Below are positions 56,903-58,244 of a DNA stretch of 58,244 nt, one piece after another. A program made the position numbers and the translations under genes. The stretch spans positions 1 through 58,244 of the forward strand of contig JAHFFW010000016.1 of assembly GCA_023247725.1 (NCBI GenBank), written 5' to 3'. Under the pieces are notes generated by a model. That model worked only from the letters and a program-made list of their open reading frames with translations, was not told the origin of the DNA and made no database searches. Every line of letters starts with the position of its first letter. Positions within the stretch are counted from its first letter, which is position 1. This DNA is from Candidatus Omnitrophota bacterium. GTDB taxonomy: Bacteria; Omnitrophota; Gorgyraeia; Zapsychrales; JAHFFX01.

Positions 56903-57418
56903 TTAAGTCGCTTTTTTGACGGCATCCAAAGCCGCTTGATAATCTGGTTCGCTCGTGACTTCCTTGACAATCTGGATATACTGAACTTTTCCTTTTGAAT
57001 CAATGACAAAAACAGCCCGAGCCAAAAGTTTGAGCTCTTTGATCAAAACGCCGAAATTGTTGCCCATCTCCAGGTGCTTGTAATCCGAAACGGTTCGAAG
57101 ATTCGAAACCCCCTCGGCGGCACACCAACGTTTTTGCGCAAAGGGCAGATCCATGCTGACGGTTAGAATCTGGACTTGATCTCCCAAGCGCCCGGCTTCT
57201 TCGTTAAACTGTTTTGTTTCTTTATGACAAACACCCGTATCCAAAGATGGCACGGTCAGCAACAGGCATTTTTTTCCTTTAAAGGAAGATAATTGGACTT
57301 CGGAAAGATCATTGGCAACAACCGTGCAATCCGGGGCATTTTTGCCGACCTCGACCTCACTGCCGGTCAATGTCAAGGGATTGCCCTTCATGGTGACGGC
57401 TCCTTTTCGATCTGACAT
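56903..57418 (-). CDS. tpx: Thiol peroxidase
   Basis: VPSLDTGVC, SMDLPFAQKRWC, LARAVFV, EPDY. Confidence 0.95.
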   Translation of the reverse strand: MSDRKGAVTMKGNPLTLTGSEVEVGKNAPDCTVVANDLSEVQLSSFKGKKCLLLTVPSLDTGVCHKETKQFNEEAGRLGDQVQILTVSMDLPFAQKRWCAAEGVSNLRTVSDYKHLEMGNNFGVLIKELKLLARAVFVIDSKGKVQYIQIVKEVTSEPDYQAALDAVKKAT

Positions 57419-57445
57419 TATGAACTCCTTGATTGATGAGAACAG

Positions 57446-58105
57446 TTATTCGAGAATTCTTTGGTAAGTGAAGGTGGCTAAGATTCCGCCGAGGATGGGA
57501 CCGAGCCAGTACAGCCAAAGATTTTGTAATCCGCCGCCTAATAAGGCGGGACCCAAATGCCGGGCCGGATTCATGGCCGCTCCGGTTAAGGGGCCGCCGA
57601 TGAGAATATCCAGGGCCACGGTTAACCCGATAAAAAGACCGCCGACTTTGGGAGCGCGCGGATCAACCGCCGTACCATAAACCACAAAGACCAAGAAAAA
57701 AGTCAAAATGAGTTCGGTGATTAAGCCCATGGCAACGGTGACTTCATTGGCCAAAGCCGGCGTTCCCATATTGATCACTTTGAGAATTCCCGCGGGAACA
57801 ACCGCCTTGATGAGGCAGGCGGCAGCAATGGCGCCCAGACATTGAGCCAGGACATAGCCAATTGTGTTGAGGGAATCAATTTTTTTTGCAAAGAACAGAC
57901 CAACGGTCACGGCCGGATTAAGATGACCGCCGCTGATAGCGGCCGTCGCACTGACCATGACCGCAATCGTGAGCCCGTGCGCCAAGGCAATCCCAACGAG
58001 GCCAGTCTGTCCGCCGTTCATGAGATTGCCGGCAATGGCTCCGACCCCGACGAAAATTAAGGCAAAGGTTCCAATAAACTCCGCTGCGCAAGCCTTTAAG
58101 TTCAT
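57446..58105 (-). CDS. MIP family channel (aquaporin)
   Basis: SGGHLNPAVT and AMNPAR (two NPA motifs). Confidence 0.95.
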   Translation of the reverse strand: MNLKACAAEFIGTFALIFVGVGAIAGNLMNGGQTGLVGIALAHGLTIAVMVSATAAISGGHLNPAVTVGLFFAKKIDSLNTIGYVLAQCLGAIAAACLIKAVVPAGILKVINMGTPALANEVTVAMGLITELILTFFLVFVVYGTAVDPRAPKVGGLFIGLTVALDILIGGPLTGAAMNPARHLGPALLGGGLQNLWLYWLGPILGGILATFTYQRILE

Positions 58106-58244
58106 AAGTCCCCTCGCTTTCTTACATTATTGACATTTTCTTATCCAAAGATGGAATAGCACTGATAGCGGGAAAGGAATCCTTCGGCGTCAGCAAGATG
58201 AAGGTATTAAAGTTCCAAGCCAGCCTGATGGAAGAACGAGCGAA

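Overview
Bacterial chromosomal window, probably of a PVC-related lineage such as Ca. Omnitrophota; this placement is inferred from gene content only. No rRNA, tRNA or CRISPR array was recognised. Positions 1-4.4 kb are an AT-richer, decaying accessory region. It holds an IS21-like end that truncates a RelE/HigB-like toxin, two separate 5' fragments of miaB (KKVFxQTxG) bracketing a cassette (membrane protein, DUF4209/HEPN-like protein, HTH protein, GIY-YIG nuclease), and a group II intron 3' remnant. Positions 4.4-13.6 kb hold a broken cation:H+ antiporter, a beta-propeller/MoaD pair with divergent MoeB-rhodanese, an AbiEii-type TA pair and metal transporters. Positions 13.8-25.7 kb are a complete alternative complex III plus A2-type caa3 oxidase operon. 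Positions 26-35.4 kb hold PKD and Excalibur surface proteins and a tandem pair of TIR-like proteins with complementary active-site degeneracy downstream of mtaB. Positions 35.6-48.2 kb hold dusB, an NADPH-type disulfide reductase, an ABC exporter and a glutathione/Grx/BolA/Mrp cluster. Positions 48.5-58.1 kb hold ilvBN, a Chlamydia-type class Ic ribonucleotide reductase with NrdR boxes, Mn-SOD, Tpx and an aquaporin. The best novelty candidates are the putative miaB-targeted tandem island array and the split TIR pair. All family calls come from motif recognition, not database searches.
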